DNA of 63,067 bases, filler included, from Octopus bimaculoides (GCF_001194135.2; 9 parts of 9 records of this genome joined end to end with filler, not necessarily neighbours in it), one strand, 5' to 3'. Positions 23,764-37,019 are shown, counted from the whole stretch's first letter. Translations and numbers: made by a program. The notes: generated by a model not told the origin, from the letters alone.

Positions 23764-23865
23764 AGTGCTCTATTCTTCTGGGGTCGATTTGCTCGACTAA
23801 AGGCGGTGCACCCGCATGGCTGCAGTCAAATAACAAACAAGCAAAAGAATAAAAGAATAAAAGTA
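23764..23865 (+). mobile_element. SINE family B tail
   Basis: ggggtcgatttgctcgactaaaggcggtgc...(aaaagaat)n. Confidence 0.8.
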
Positions 23866-24614
23866 ACAACACAACTGCCTCCGTCATCACCATCATCTTT
23901 GGAATTGACAGCAACAACAACAACAGCATCACTGTCCAACAACAGTGACAGTAACAGCAACGGTACCACCGCCACTTCACCACCTTGAAAAACTGATCTG
24001 GAATCGGAGTGTAATTTATAAACCCCGTGTTCCCCCTCCCCCCAAATAATGGAACTAATCTTTATTGAATTATAAGTGTTAATAGGTTGTTAAGCGGATG
24101 TGTCATAACCTTTCTCAGTCGTGGAAATGACATTTTGTTTACAGAACAAAACTGAACTTAACTCTGTGCGTTAACGAAACACTCGTTCATTCCACACTGT
24201 TCCTGCTGCTATTTATAACAATATCTTCTCAGAGTTAATTGTCATAAATATGGACACTGAACAAAATAAGTAATTTCAACCGTTCTGCTACTCCTTCTAT
24301 GATTTCCAGATCTAGGAACCAACAGTCCCAACCATGAACCTAGCTATAATTCATCCTTCCATTCTCTCTCTTTCCCTTTTTCTCTCTCTCCCTTTTTCTC
24401 TCTCTCCCCTCTCTCCCCACTCCCCTCTCTCGTTTCATGTATTTTTATGTTTTCTCCATCTCTACACATCCTCCAAAATCGGAGATAATTTTAATAGATC
24501 AAGAATTTATGTTGTAAGGTATTTAATATACCTGTACCTGTCCATGTTGTTCATACTACTGGCCACTTTGAGTCATTTCTCTTTGGCCGTTTTTGTTTAA
24601 ATCATTCAAGTTAC

Positions 24615-24701
24615 CTTGGCCATAAATGTATTCCATTCTTTTCCGTTATAAGTCTTTTGGCCAATGGAGATAAAGTCCGATAATTGTCCGGCCGATGGTG
24701 A
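24615..24701 (-). CDS. Candidate 87-nt exon of an unidentified gene
   Basis: Acceptor tgttttttggttcattag, donor AAG|gtaac. Phase-2 frame HHRPDNYRTLSPLAKRLITEKNGIHLWP matches an upstream donor at 24911 and a downstream acceptor at 24256. Confidence 0.4.
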
Positions 24702-26555
24702 CTAATGAACCAAAAAACACGTAACAACGACTGTCTTTTTATCTCTTTTGTCATTTTCCTTAATGGCGTATCAATTTTGAAGAATACTTGAACTTTGAGA
24801 TTACCTCTCCTCCTCAAGTGGTGCTCATTATGTTATTTCCTCTAAAATTGGAGATAATTAAAAAACAAAAAAAACCCTCAAGAATTTATGTTGTATAGTA
24901 TTTGACATACCTGTATTTGTTTATGCCTGAATGCCAGCTGTCTGTATTAATGCTACAACTCTCGCTACTACAAGTGACTGCATACGTTGCGTTATACAAC
25001 CCAACATTAAACGCTGCGTTATTGCCAGGAACGGCCGACGAAGAGTTTCATCTGCTGCCATGTTGGCTTCTGTTACTTCCAACAAATGTCAGGTGATTTA
25101 CTGAAAACAAAAATAAAATCAACTCAATAAATTAAGTAGTAAACTAAATTTGTAGGTACGAGTTCGTATTAGTGGCATTTCACAAATGTAGTCTTGGCTT
25201 CATTACGAAACACTCGCCATAAGTGGTGTCGTAAAAGTGATTGCAGTATCTTACAAAAATTCTGTTTCTCCGTCTCGTGCGTTGGTATCAGATTTATCAT
25301 TGTCTTTTTATCAGTTTGCTCTCATTTCGTTATCTCTGCTTACAGACGTCTTAAGTAACTTTATCGCGCTTTATACAACACTATATCTGATATGATTTGT
25401 TGTTGCTAAGATTGGAACAGCTCCCACTTTATGCAAGGATACTAATTCATAATGTGTTCAGCTAAAACACCGCTCCGCTTTCGTAAGAGTTGAGTAACCG
25501 AATGATACGTGATTATATTATATCGTAGGTGTTCCTCAAGGAACAACTTGGACAATTTAAAATATAGCTCTGTAACTTATTTCATTTTACTTTGTATTTG
25601 GTTTGCAAGATGCTTGATATGAACTCGTGTGTTGAAACATACTTTGCTGTGTCTCGGGAGGGCCTTTATGCCAATAATAAACACATGCACTGGTTATGCT
25701 TCACATTTATATTTGACAATTGGTTAAACATTTAACTTATTAAGTAATGAATTGTTTGATTAATCGTTCGACCAATCAATCAATAAGCTGAGTTCTTCAA
25801 ATATAAATATAAACATAGAACCTGTAAGCTAGGAAACGGGCAGACACACCTGAAGCAAACTTGGAGTAGAAAAGCATGACTTTGATGAGGTCGCGAATGG
25901 TAACATAAAATAAAAAAAGTGAAATGAAACTAGTGCGTGTGTTTATTATTGGTATAATGACCCTCCCTAAATACAACAAGGTATGTTTCAACACATGAGT
26001 TCACATCAAGAATCGTGCGAACCAACTTCGAAAACGAACTGAGCAACATAGTTATATTGGAAAATTACTATTTTTAAATCTCACAACGAGAGATATTCAG
26101 CAACAGTACTTTGTAGTAAAGATTGTTTGCCAACAATCTAGGAGCTGAGTGGGGGTGCTAGATTCCCTTGTTCGAAAATATAAGGACACAGATCGTGTTG
26201 TATAGCCAGCTGGAGACGATGTCTCCTGGGGCTAAATTACAGCAACATTCGTCCTAAACCAGGACTGCCAGGTTATGTTGGCAAACAATATTTACGCCAT
26301 AGTTATATGGCTCCTAGTCGCGGCAAGAAAAGAAAAAAAGAAAAATCTGTAGTGTATGGTTTGTTTAGTCTTTGGGAGAATCTTCACCATCTGCTCCATA
26401 TAATTGGACACAGTTTTCTTTTGTTCCGTACAGTTAAGACCTTCATATTTGGTGTCAGTTTTGATAGGAATGTTCCACCAACATTCCTTGTGTTGAATCA
26501 CATGGATGCACCAAACGATACAAATAGTTTCTTGATTCATCCTAGACTAGTTTCT

Positions 26556-26570
26556 CCAGCAGGTGGCGCA
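26556..26570 (+). promoter_or_regulatory. CTCF-like core motif
   Basis: CCAGCAGGTGGCGCA matches the CCASYAGRKGGCRS consensus; motif match only. Confidence 0.35.
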
Positions 26571-27405
26571 ACTGCATAATTTTTTTCAGAAGCTCATGCC
26601 GCGATGGAAGACAGCACCTCGAGATTTTCGATAGCCGCCGGTCATTTTTAATAACTTTCACAGAAAAGTGACATACTCAACATTTTCGATCACATTTTGG
26701 GAGTCCAAGGCTTTAGGAAGGTCTTTTGATTGCCTTGTATTTTTTTGTTATCACCTCCATACTAAAAGCTTAACCTTAAAAATAGGAAGTGCCGTGACGG
26801 TTGTGAATATAAGAGAGGTTAATTTTCTTGGCTTCAGTTCGCAAAACGTAAGCATATATCACCCTGCTTTGGTAAGTGAAGTGTTTTTCTCCGAGTCTTA
26901 GTTGATGTCGGTCAACCTGGCAGTTTTGGGGTCGCAGAGAACATCATCGGAAATAAGTACTTGTCCAAAATTCACTACTGACCGATAAGATGTTCTCTTC
27001 ACATTACAGCACTTGGCTGATTTTGATAACAATAAACGATAAAAATGTGCGTGTGAATATATTTCGGTCTTGGCTTCTTGAAGTATAAGTGACATCTGCA
27101 AATACTTGCCATCTAAGAATAAATATAATAAGTAGGAAAGAATAAAAAAGCACAAATACAAAAATATAATATAAGAAATGTATATTTGATATTACATTAT
27201 TTTTATCACACATTGTTATCAAAATTTAAATAACTCACAACGAGTGCTATCTTCACTTACTGATCAGTGACGGAAGACACAGTTGTAGCTTGTTTTTATC
27301 CAGTATTTCGTAAGATATACAGATTATCTCTGATGATCATTTGTTATTATTTATGTTATTTCATATCTTGTAATAATAATAATGATGATGATGATGATGA
27401 TGATG

Positions 27406-27448
<43 letters not shown>

Positions 27449-27832
27449 GGATGATGGTGGTAATTATTACTCATTTATTTTTTCTGTCTTAGCTTTATAT
27501 AAATGTATGTGTGTGTGTGTTTGTACATATATACAGGTAAGCACATAAGTACAAAACAAGGTGGAAAAAATAGTACTCGAATACCGAAGGTAGAGTATTA
27601 TGCTTTTTTTATTATTATTAAAGCTGCAATGATTATCACAACACTTAGTCAGAGTTTCAGGTTCCCGTTCGTCGGACAGCTGCGATGAAAACTGATTTAA
27701 AATTTTGATGGTGTAAGTAATATAGTGTGATGTAATGTAATTTAAAACTCAAATAAGTATTTAAATTTGATTGGGCGGTTGATTTTCAAGACATATTTGC
27801 AAAATAAACGACCCAATCAAATTTATATATAT

Positions 27833-27965
27833 CGGGTCCGGTGAATAAATTGTCGTCTAAATTACGCAAAAATGAAAATATCACTGACATTTCATTTTAA
27901 CAGATATATTTACCAAAATTACATAAAAATATCTTGCAATAAATTTCAATTATTCAATAAAACAC
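27833..27965 (-). mobile_element. maT-type right-end fragment
   Basis: Reverse-complement homologue of ~13555-13686 (aattacgcaaaaatgaaaata...cagatatatttaccaaaattacataaaaatatcttg). Confidence 0.8.
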
Positions 27966-27979
27966 TGCATAGTGCATTT

Positions 27980-28024
<45 letters not shown>

Positions 28025-28031
28025 CACTCAC

Positions 28032-28093
<62 letters not shown>

Positions 28094-28094
<1 letters not shown>

Positions 28095-28215
28095 CACACA
28101 AACACTCGTACATACATCCATATATACATACATACATACGCACACACATATATGTGTGTGTGTGTGTGCGTGTGTGTGCATGTATATATGGATGTATGTA
28201 CGAGTGTTTGTGTGT
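28094..28215. repeat. Foldback with 36-bp perfect inverted arms
   Basis: 28094-28129 is the exact reverse complement of 28180-28215; the spacer is centred on the palindrome cacacacatatatgtgtgtg. Confidence 0.9.
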
Positions 28216-29809
28216 GCATTTATGTATAAAGACAATCTATAAATTAGATTACGTTTACCGTTTTGTAATAACGAACGCCGCATTGACTATTGTGTAGTAA
28301 TAAAAACAAAAGACTATAACGACTCGGCTGTTTTTCTTTTCTTTCACAAAGTGATCCAAGTTTCAGTTGGCCGTCGCTCATGCGCAGATATAATTAACAC
28401 ATTGGATGGAATATAATCGTGTTTGAAGTCGACGGACATGAAAATTCCAACAGCTGTTGGCAATGATTAGTTTCGGGCTGCGATGCTGGCTGCGAAACAA
28501 ATTAAACTTACAAGTTAGAAAATACACGATGGCAGGCACAGCTTCTAACAAACAAAATTACGCATTTCCGTTGCAAAATCATTCTTGTGCTACACAAACG
28601 AAACTTTCTTTAATACATAGATTCCGTGAAGATTTTCTTTGATTTTCAAGCTTTTAAGTACTAAAAAATACGTAGACCATAATACAAGGAGCAAGGTCGT
28701 TAATGAGTTAATTTTCATAAGAGCCAACATCTTGATTTGTAATAGCAATTTGTGTATCATGCTAAAAGCAGATACATCGTTGAAAGCCTTATAAACTGCG
28801 CTACTTGTCTCGAGAAAGTCTCTTTTATAGACATATACTGTTAAATAGTACAGAAATATATCAACAGAAGACTAAAGTCGTCTATCAGCGGTAATGGCAT
28901 TGCTAAATACGTATTGGAAACAAAAAGAAGCCTGTCATATATATANNNNNNNNNNNNNNNNNNNNNNNNNNNNNNNNNNNNNNNNNNNNNNNNNNNNNNN
29001 NNNNNNNNNNNNNNNNNNNNNNNNNNNNNNNNNNNNNNNNNNNNNNNNNNNNNNNNNNNNNNNNNNNNNNNNNNNNNNNNNNNNNNNNNNNNNNNNNNNN
29101 NNNNNNNNNNNNNNNNNNNNNNNNNNNNNNNNNNNNNNNNNNNNNNNNNNNNNNNNNNNNNNNNNNNNNNNNNNNNNNNNNNNNNNNNNNNNNNNNNNNN
29201 NNNNNNNNNNNNNNNNNNNNNNNNNNNNNNNNNNNNNNNNNNNNNNNNNNNNNNNNNNNNNNNNNNNNNNNNNNNNNNNNNNNNNNNNNNNNNNNNNNNN
29301 NNNNNNNNNNNNNNNNNNNNNNNNNNNNNNNNNNNNNNNNNNNNNNNNNNNNNNNNNNNNNNNNNNNNNNNNNNNNNNNNNNNNNNNNNNNNNNNNNNNN
29401 NNNNNNNNNNNNNNNNNNNNNNNNNNNNNNNNNNNNNNNNNNNNNNNNNNNNNNNNNNNNNNNNNNNNNNNNNNNNNNNNNNNNNNNNNNNNNNNNNNNN
29501 NNNNNNNNNNNNNNNNNNNNNNNNNNNNNNNNNNNNNNNNNNNNNNNNNNNNNNNNNNNNNNNNNNNNNNNNNNNNNNNNNNNNNNNNNNNNNNNNNNNN
29601 NNNNNNNNNNNNNNNNNNNNNNNNNNNNNNNNNNNNNNNNNNNNNNNNNNNNNNNNNNNNNNNNNNNNNNNNNNNNNNNNNNNNNNNNNNNNNNNNNNNN
29701 NNNNNNNNNNNNNNNNNNNNNNNNNNNNNNNNNNNNNNNNNNNNNNNNNNNNNNATATATATAGATATGAATATAAACATATAAATATGTATACACACAC
29801 ACACAAACA

Positions 29810-29840
<31 letters not shown>

Positions 29841-30209
29841 TCTTTTATTCTTTTATTTGTTTCAAGCTTTTGCCTGTCGCCATGCTGGAGCACCGCCTTT
29901 AGTCGAACAAATCGACCCCTAGTAAGGAGTTTTGCTTTTGCCGAACCGACAGGTTACGGGGACGTAAACACACCATCAGCGGTTGTCAAGTGATGGTGGG
30001 AGTGGGACAAACACAGACACACACACGCACATATATATATATATATACGACGGGCTTCTTTCAGTTTCCATCTACCAAATCCACTCACAAGGCTTTGGTC
30101 GACCTGAAGCTATAGTAGAAGACATTTGCCTAAGGTGCCACGCAGCAAGACTGAACCCGGAACCATGGGGTTGGGAAGCAAGCTACTTACCCGCAGCCAC
30201 TCCTGCGCC
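29841..30209 (-). mobile_element. Full-length SINE family B
   Basis: Head ggcgcaggagtggctgcgggtaag...ggttccgggttcagtc, CORE-like accttaggcaaatgtcttc, internal (TA)/(TG) tract, (aaaagaat) tail. Confidence 0.92.
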
Positions 30210-30237
30210 TATATATATATATATATATACACATTGT

Positions 30238-30462
30238 AATAACAATAATGGCTTTAAATTTTGTTACGAGGCCACCAATTTCGGGGGACGATGTAAGTCG
30301 ATTACATCGACTCCAGTGCGTAACTGGTATTTATTTCATCGACCCCGAATGAATAAAAGACAAAGTCAACCTCGGCGGAATTTGAACTCAGAACGTAGGG
30401 ACGGGCGAGATACAGCCAAGTATTTCGTGCAGCGTGCTAACAATTCTGCCAGTTCGCCGCCT
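30238..30462 (-). mobile_element. SINE family A, near full length
   Basis: Reverse complement ggcggcgaactggcagaattgttagcacg...gttctgagttcaaattccgccgagg. Confidence 0.9.
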
Positions 30463-32174
30463 GACCGCATTAATGATAATCATGATAATAATAATAATAA
30501 TAATATATAAAGGATTGAGGTAACCCTTCCAGAAGATATATTAAAAGAAGAGTGCCATTGTCATCAAGTGAACGATATTTCGACATCTCGTGTGTTTTTA
30601 ACAGGTTCAAAAAATAATTTTGTCAATTTCCTTCATTTTGGTTAATATAGAAAGGATTAAACAGGTTCAAAATTATTTTTTGAACCTGTTGATGATGATG
30701 ATAACGATGATGATGATGATGATAATGATTATAATAATGATAATAATAATAATAATAATAATAAAAATAATATTAATAATAATAATGTGATAGACGGAGA
30801 CGAGGTAGGAAAGTGTACTGAAAAACAAGAAACAATACACAATGGACGAAGATAGCCTTATTCCTTCACCAGTCATCGACCAAATATTAAAGCAATTTCG
30901 TCACCTTTTGATAATATTGTCCTGTTTGTGTTTAAGTCAATTATATTCAATCAATTAATTGTAATCTCTTTCTCCCTCCCTCTTTCCTGTTCTCTCTGTG
31001 TGTATATTACTCCGTGCCCGTGTGTGTGTGTGCATGTATGTGTGCGCGCGCGTGCGTTTGGCTCCAGCGCCAAAACGTACTGTGGACAAAGCACGTTGAA
31101 TATCCGATCAGGCGTGCCAAATCTTCAGCGTCCAAACAGCTGCGTCCAATAATCTCATTTCGCATACGTTTAAACACACATTTATATACATTCCACACTC
31201 GTATAAAATATGTTGTTGTGTAGATGAAAAAAAAAAATTGTTAAGTAGATAAGGAACAAAGAAAAGAAAAGAAAATCGAGAAACACGCAGATTTACTGTA
31301 TAATATTTATTCCTATTGTGTTACATACATACATACATATATATATATATATANNNNNNNNNNNNNNNNNNNNNNNNNNNNNNNNNNNNNNNNNNNNNNN
31401 NNNNNNNNNNNNNNNNNNNNNNNNNNNNNNNNNNNNNNNNNNNNNNNNNNNNNNNNNNNNNNNNNNNNNNNNNNNNNNNNNNNNNNNNNNNNNNNNNNNN
31501 NNNNNNNNNNNNNNNNNNNNNNNNNNNNNNNNNNNNNNNNNNNNNNNNNNNNNNNNNNNNNNNNNNNNNNNNNNNNNNNNNNNNNNNNNNNNNNNNNNNN
31601 NNNNNNNNNNNNNNNNNNNNNNNNNNNNNNNNNNNNNNNNNNNNNNNNNNNNNNNNNNNNNNNNNNNNNNNNNNNNNNNNNNNNNNNNNNNNNNNNNNNN
31701 NNNNNNNNNNNNNNNNNNNNNNNNNNNNNNNNNNNNNNNNNNNNNNNNNNNNNNNNNNNNNNNNNNNNNNNNNNNNNNNNNNNNNNNNNNNNNNNNNNNN
31801 NNNNNNNNNNNNNNNNNNNNNNNNNNNNNNNNNNNNNNNNNNNNNNNNNNNNNNNNNNNNNNNNNNNNNNNNNNNNNNNNNNNNNNNNNNNNNNNNNNNN
31901 NNNNNNNNNNNNNTATATATATACACACACATACATATACATATGTATGTACGTATAAACATGCATGTAGCTATGTGTGTGTGTGTGTGGATGTTAGAGC
32001 CTGGCATTTATTGCAGGGTGACGGCTTATGTTATCGTCGGTTGACGTCATATCGAGGCAGAGCGTATTTTGAGAGAAGGAGAAACCCTGTTAATAGTAAA
32101 TACGAGAGAACAATTTGTGTAGCCGTAGGTGCACTCAGAAAATATGTACACGTTCACGCCCATAGCTACACTGT

Positions 32175-32237
<63 letters not shown>

Positions 32238-32713
32238 AAAAGACGCAGAGAGAAAAAAAGTGAGAGAGAAAGTGATAGAGAGAGAGAGAGACTCACATGT
32301 ATTCCCCACCATATATACGAGTATTTATACATTCACACATGCTTACAATACATACACACACACTCGCATATATATACATATATGTGCATATATATGTATT
32401 TAGCAGTATTTACAGATTATACATGCGCGTATGTATTTATATATACACATTCACACATATGCTTATATGTGTATGGATATACATACATACATACATATAT
32501 ACATATATACATACACACACACACACATACACATACATATATATATATGAATCTTTACAAATATGTACGTATGCATATGTATGTATATATACACATATAT
32601 CAATATATATGCTTATGTATACATGTATACATGTGCACACACGCACACACACACACACACACATATATATTTACACAACGCGTACACTGACATATTCATA
32701 TACATGTATGTGT

Positions 32714-32763
<50 letters not shown>

Positions 32764-33049
32764 GCGCGTGTGTATACAGATGGCGTAATACGTTTCCCGT
32801 GTCATTGGCACAACTCATCACAATATCCTTTTCTCAAAATATCTCACTGCTCGGTCTTCTCATTGACTTCCCTCCAGTTGGCAACTTATCCGCATGTCAT
32901 AATCATGTTGTTTGTTTATAAATATGTACGTTTATCTTCTCTCTCTCTCTTGCCCCCTCTCCCATTCACCCCCCTTTCTCTATCTATACTTCTCTCTAAA
33001 CCTCTTATTGTCTTTCTGTTCTATATTTGCTGCGCGGTATAGTAACATG

Positions 33050-33640
33050 GCATTATTGGCAAATCCACTGTTTTTTTTCTTAACGATTTTGTCCCAAACT
33101 GGGCTTAAGGCCATTGCAGCGTAAAGGACTAGAGAGACGATAAAGAAAGGGCCAATAAATTCTAAAGATGTCAAACGACAAAGCTCAAAGGACTGAATAT
33201 CACAGACCAGAGGAAAACAAGATGATGGTAGTGAATTCCAGAGAGCAGCAGTTTGAGGAAAGAAACCATCTAGAATAAAAGGACTTATGACTAACGCGAA
33301 GGAAGCTAAACAGAGAAATGATATGCCTGGGACGAGAGGTGTTGACAGAGGGTACCAGATCAGGTGTTGACAGAGGGTACCAGATCAGAAAGTCCATCTG
33401 GCCTGTTATGTTTGCTTTTGATAGAAGTTTTCATGGAAACGTTCCATTTTTATTCCTTCTTTTGATGTTTCTGCCCGCATTCAAGAACCGGGCGATCTTC
33501 TGCATTCGTCTCAGCACCGTCTGATGGCATTGTTTATTGTTTTAGCGACAATATCAAGTCGTATCGGGAGGCAGTACCTGGATGCCATTTTTGGGCAGCT
33601 GCTGTTCACATGTGTGATTTCATCCAGAGTAATATTCGGT
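33050..33640 (-). mobile_element. CR1/Jockey-group LINE 3' fragment, degenerate
   Basis: TVLRRMQKIARF, and SHKSFYSRWFLSSNCCSLEFTTIILFSSGL*YSVL (cf. SFFPRT..LWNSLP..FP..YDL..FK), frameshifted. Confidence 0.5.
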
Positions 33641-34061
33641 TGCAACTTGGTGCACGTAAAATACGTGTGTGTGTGTGCGTATGTGTGAATGTATACACAC
33701 GTATATATGTATAAATATCTTTATGTATATACACATATATATATCAATATACATACGTACAAACACACACACATACACACACACACACACACACACATAT
33801 ATAAATATATCATTTTGTATATACATATCTATCCTTCATCCTCTCTATTTTTATGTGTGTGAGAATGGATTTGAGCATTTCTTAGTGAAGTGAAGGTGTC
33901 TGGTGTTTGTTGCGCTTTGAAACATTGAAGTCGCACGCGTAATCCTATTTACCTTACATACAACAAACACACACACGCACGCATACATACACACACACAC
34001 ACACGCACACACACACACACACGCATACACACACAATCATATACACATGCACACACAGATT

Positions 34062-34104
<43 letters not shown>

Positions 34105-34384
34105 TTAGATAGATAGACAGATATAAGTTCAACTAAAAAAAGATATGTAAACAACGTTACGACATCACATTTCAGTCACACTTGGAAATTCCATCTGTTT
34201 ATATTCCATAAAAACTAATTATAACAGCATCATTATCAACAACAACAACAACTGCATCCTGAGCAACAGTAATAACTACAGGAGCATCAGTTACAAAATC
34301 AACAGCAACAACAACAACATCAAAGGCAATAACATGAAGAAGAAGAAGAATGTTATCAATGACAGCAACAGATTAACAACAATG

Positions 34385-34601
34385 CTAAAAATGGCTTCGG
34401 ATTTTGGCACAAGGCCAGCACTTTTGAGGGGGAGGGGGTCTAGTCGTTTACATCGACCTCAGTATTCAACTGGTACTTTATTTTATCGATCTCAAAAGGA
34501 TGAAATGCAAAGTTGACATCGGTTGTGTTTGAACTCAGAACGTAAAGATTTGGAAGAAATACCGCTAAGCATTTTGTTCGACGCGCTGACGATTCCGCCA
34601 G
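34385..34601 (-). mobile_element. SINE family A
   Basis: ttgaactcagaacgtaa...accgctaagcattttg...gctgacgattccgcc. Confidence 0.85.
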
Positions 34602-35486
34602 TAGATGGCATTACTTACATTCTCACATTCTCCTACAGTTCTTCACGCTAAGTTACAGACACGTAAAAGAACGAACATCAGTTGCCAAGCGGTGTATGTG
34701 TGTGTGTGTGCGTGTGCGTGCGAGTGTGTGTGTATAACATATGTATGTATGTATATATACATATATATACACACACCACTGTCTTCCACTCAGATTCTGT
34801 CTACCAAATTCATTCAGAAGACATTGGTCCACCAGGGGGGTCTATCGTACAAGACATTTATCCAAGGTGGCACGCAGTGAAACTGAACCCCGAAAACCGT
34901 GTGGTTGATGTGAACCACACGGAAATGTCTACCTAATTTCACTCACAAGACTCGAGGCGCCCTGAGGCAAAATAACAAACAAACAAATAGAACAACAACA
35001 AAAAGACCTACGAAACAAAACTGAAACTTGCCGAAGATGCCGTGCTGTAGGGTCCGATTCCAAAGGGAAATCTTAACTGAAACGAATGTACAGCCCCTAC
35101 TTTAAAAAAAAGAAAGAAGGGATCTTGACCCGATCCTGAGGATTCAGTTGTTCAATCGTGTTACATGTTCACTGAATTAACGTAGAAGTTGTTGAGTATT
35201 CCGTAGACATGTGTAGTCATATGGCGGGATCAGCGTAACAATGTAACAAAGCTGCACATTTGAATTGCAGGTACAGTCTATGTGATGGGCTTCCGCACAG
35301 TTTCTGTCAATTCAATTTCATTTCCATAGTCTCGGGATCATCATAGGTCGACACGAAACTATAGTAAAAGAAAAGAAAACAAAACAAAAATATATAATTA
35401 GAAGTTTCGCCAAGACGCTGCGCGTTGAGACCGAACTCGGGACGTTGTCATTCAGAAAATTTCTTACGTCATTCGATTGTACCGCA

Positions 35487-35860
35487 TCTACAACAACAAC
35501 AACAACAACAACAGGAACGTATTTATAACAATAGCAACATTATCATCGTTGTCGTTGTCGTCGTCATCATCATTATCGCCATCATCATCATCATCATCAG
35601 CAACAACAACAACAACAACATACAACAACAGAAACAGCAGCAGCAGCAGCAACAACAACAACAACAACAACAGTAGGTTGCAGCAACTAAGAAAAACGAG
35701 ATAAAAAAAAGCAGCTGGAACAACAACAACACCAACAAAAACCACAACAGCAAATGTTGCAGTAACAACAAATTCACCACCACCACCACTACCACGACCA
35801 CCACCACGACCATCATCATCATCACCATCCTGATGGTCGTTAAGAGCAGCATCAGCAGCC
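35487..35860. repeat. Compound CAA/CAT/CAG/CAC trinucleotide tract
   Basis: Direct. Confidence 0.9.
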
Positions 35861-36630
35861 GCGGCCGCGCCAGGGCCACTTAAGAAGAACCATTTGTTGG
35901 GATACAACACGATCCTGGGAAAACAGCAAACTCAGAAGAGACACGAGGATACAGTTTATTATTTGTTTATTTATTTATATTGTTTATTTGTTTGTTTATG
36001 GCGTCTCAGTTTAAAGAATCCCCGGCAAAAAGTTCTTGGTTCTCTCTTTTGGAATTATAAGCTGGAAGTCTTGGAGTATGGGAGGAATTGGAGCAACTTG
36101 ACTCGCTTTCGGGAACTAAAACTGTTTTCGCTTGAAACTAGAAACTTTACGATTCCCCNNNNNNNNNNNNNNNNNNNNNNNNNNNNNNNNNNNNNNNNNN
36201 NNNNNNNNNNNNNNNNNNNNNNNNNNNNNNNNNNNNNNNNNNNNNNNNNNNNNNNNNNNNNNNNNNNNNNNNNNNNNNNNNNNNNNNNNNNNNNNNNNNN
36301 NNNNNNNNNNNNNNNNNNNNNNNNNNNNNNNNNNNNNNNNNNNNNNNTCCCTTCATTCCTTCCTCTCTTCCTTCCTTCCTTCCTTCCTTCCTTCCTCCCT
36401 TTCCTTCTTTCTTTCTTTCTTTCTTTCTTTTTTTCTTTCTTTCTTCAAAACTTACGGCGTCGTCAGCGTCATCGACGCCGTCACCGCCATTGTCATCCTC
36501 ATCATGATTGTTGACGTTGCCCTGATGGGAGGTAAGAGCTATGGTGTTTGTTATTTGCCCAAGATACCACACGAAAACTGCTTGCCCCGGGGTACGACCG
36601 GGCAGAATAACTTGTTTGGGAATAAACGTT

Positions 36631-36655
36631 GGGGGCGTGTCGCGCATGCGCTGCG
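36631..36655. promoter_or_regulatory. Adjacent GC-box (GGGGCGTG) and NRF1-type palindrome (GCGCATGCGC)
   Basis: gggggcgtgtcgcgcatgcgctgcg in locally CpG-rich unique DNA. Confidence 0.4.
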
Positions 36656-36944
36656 AGGGAGGATTCTGTTCAATTATTAAATGGTTTATTCATGTTTAAA
36701 TGTGTTTACGCAGCAACTCCTTAACCTCTCTAGAATCAATCACATTGTATTAAGAACATGGCGTTGTCGTCGATTAAACGCTTTTGAACCTAAGACTGAT
36801 CGAGTTAAGCAATTACAACAACAACAACAACAACAACAACGGCAAGTGCACCAATCAAAGCAACAATGGCAACAGTTTTTTGTAGATTGAAAAAAAAAAG
36901 GACGAAAAACCTTAATCGATTATTAAAACTTATTGGATTTGAAA

Positions 36945-37019
<75 letters not shown>
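36945..37019. repeat. (ATCT)n tetranucleotide repeat
   Basis: Direct. Confidence 0.97.

Noticed and set aside
29841-30462. SINE heads as tRNA genes; repeated SINE units as a CRISPR-like array
   Set aside because: The heads lack a full cloverleaf and continue into SINE bodies; there is no regular repeat-spacer structure, and this is eukaryotic DNA
32017-32132. Exon-like open frame GDGLCYRRLTSY... containing a TGACGTCA (CRE) palindrome
   Set aside because: Weak donor, embedded between microsatellites, no recognisable homology; an 8-mer is expected by chance
35488-35910. ORFs with poly-Q/G/D/A tracts as a transcription-factor exon
   Set aside because: Explained by the trinucleotide repeats; no domain or splice support
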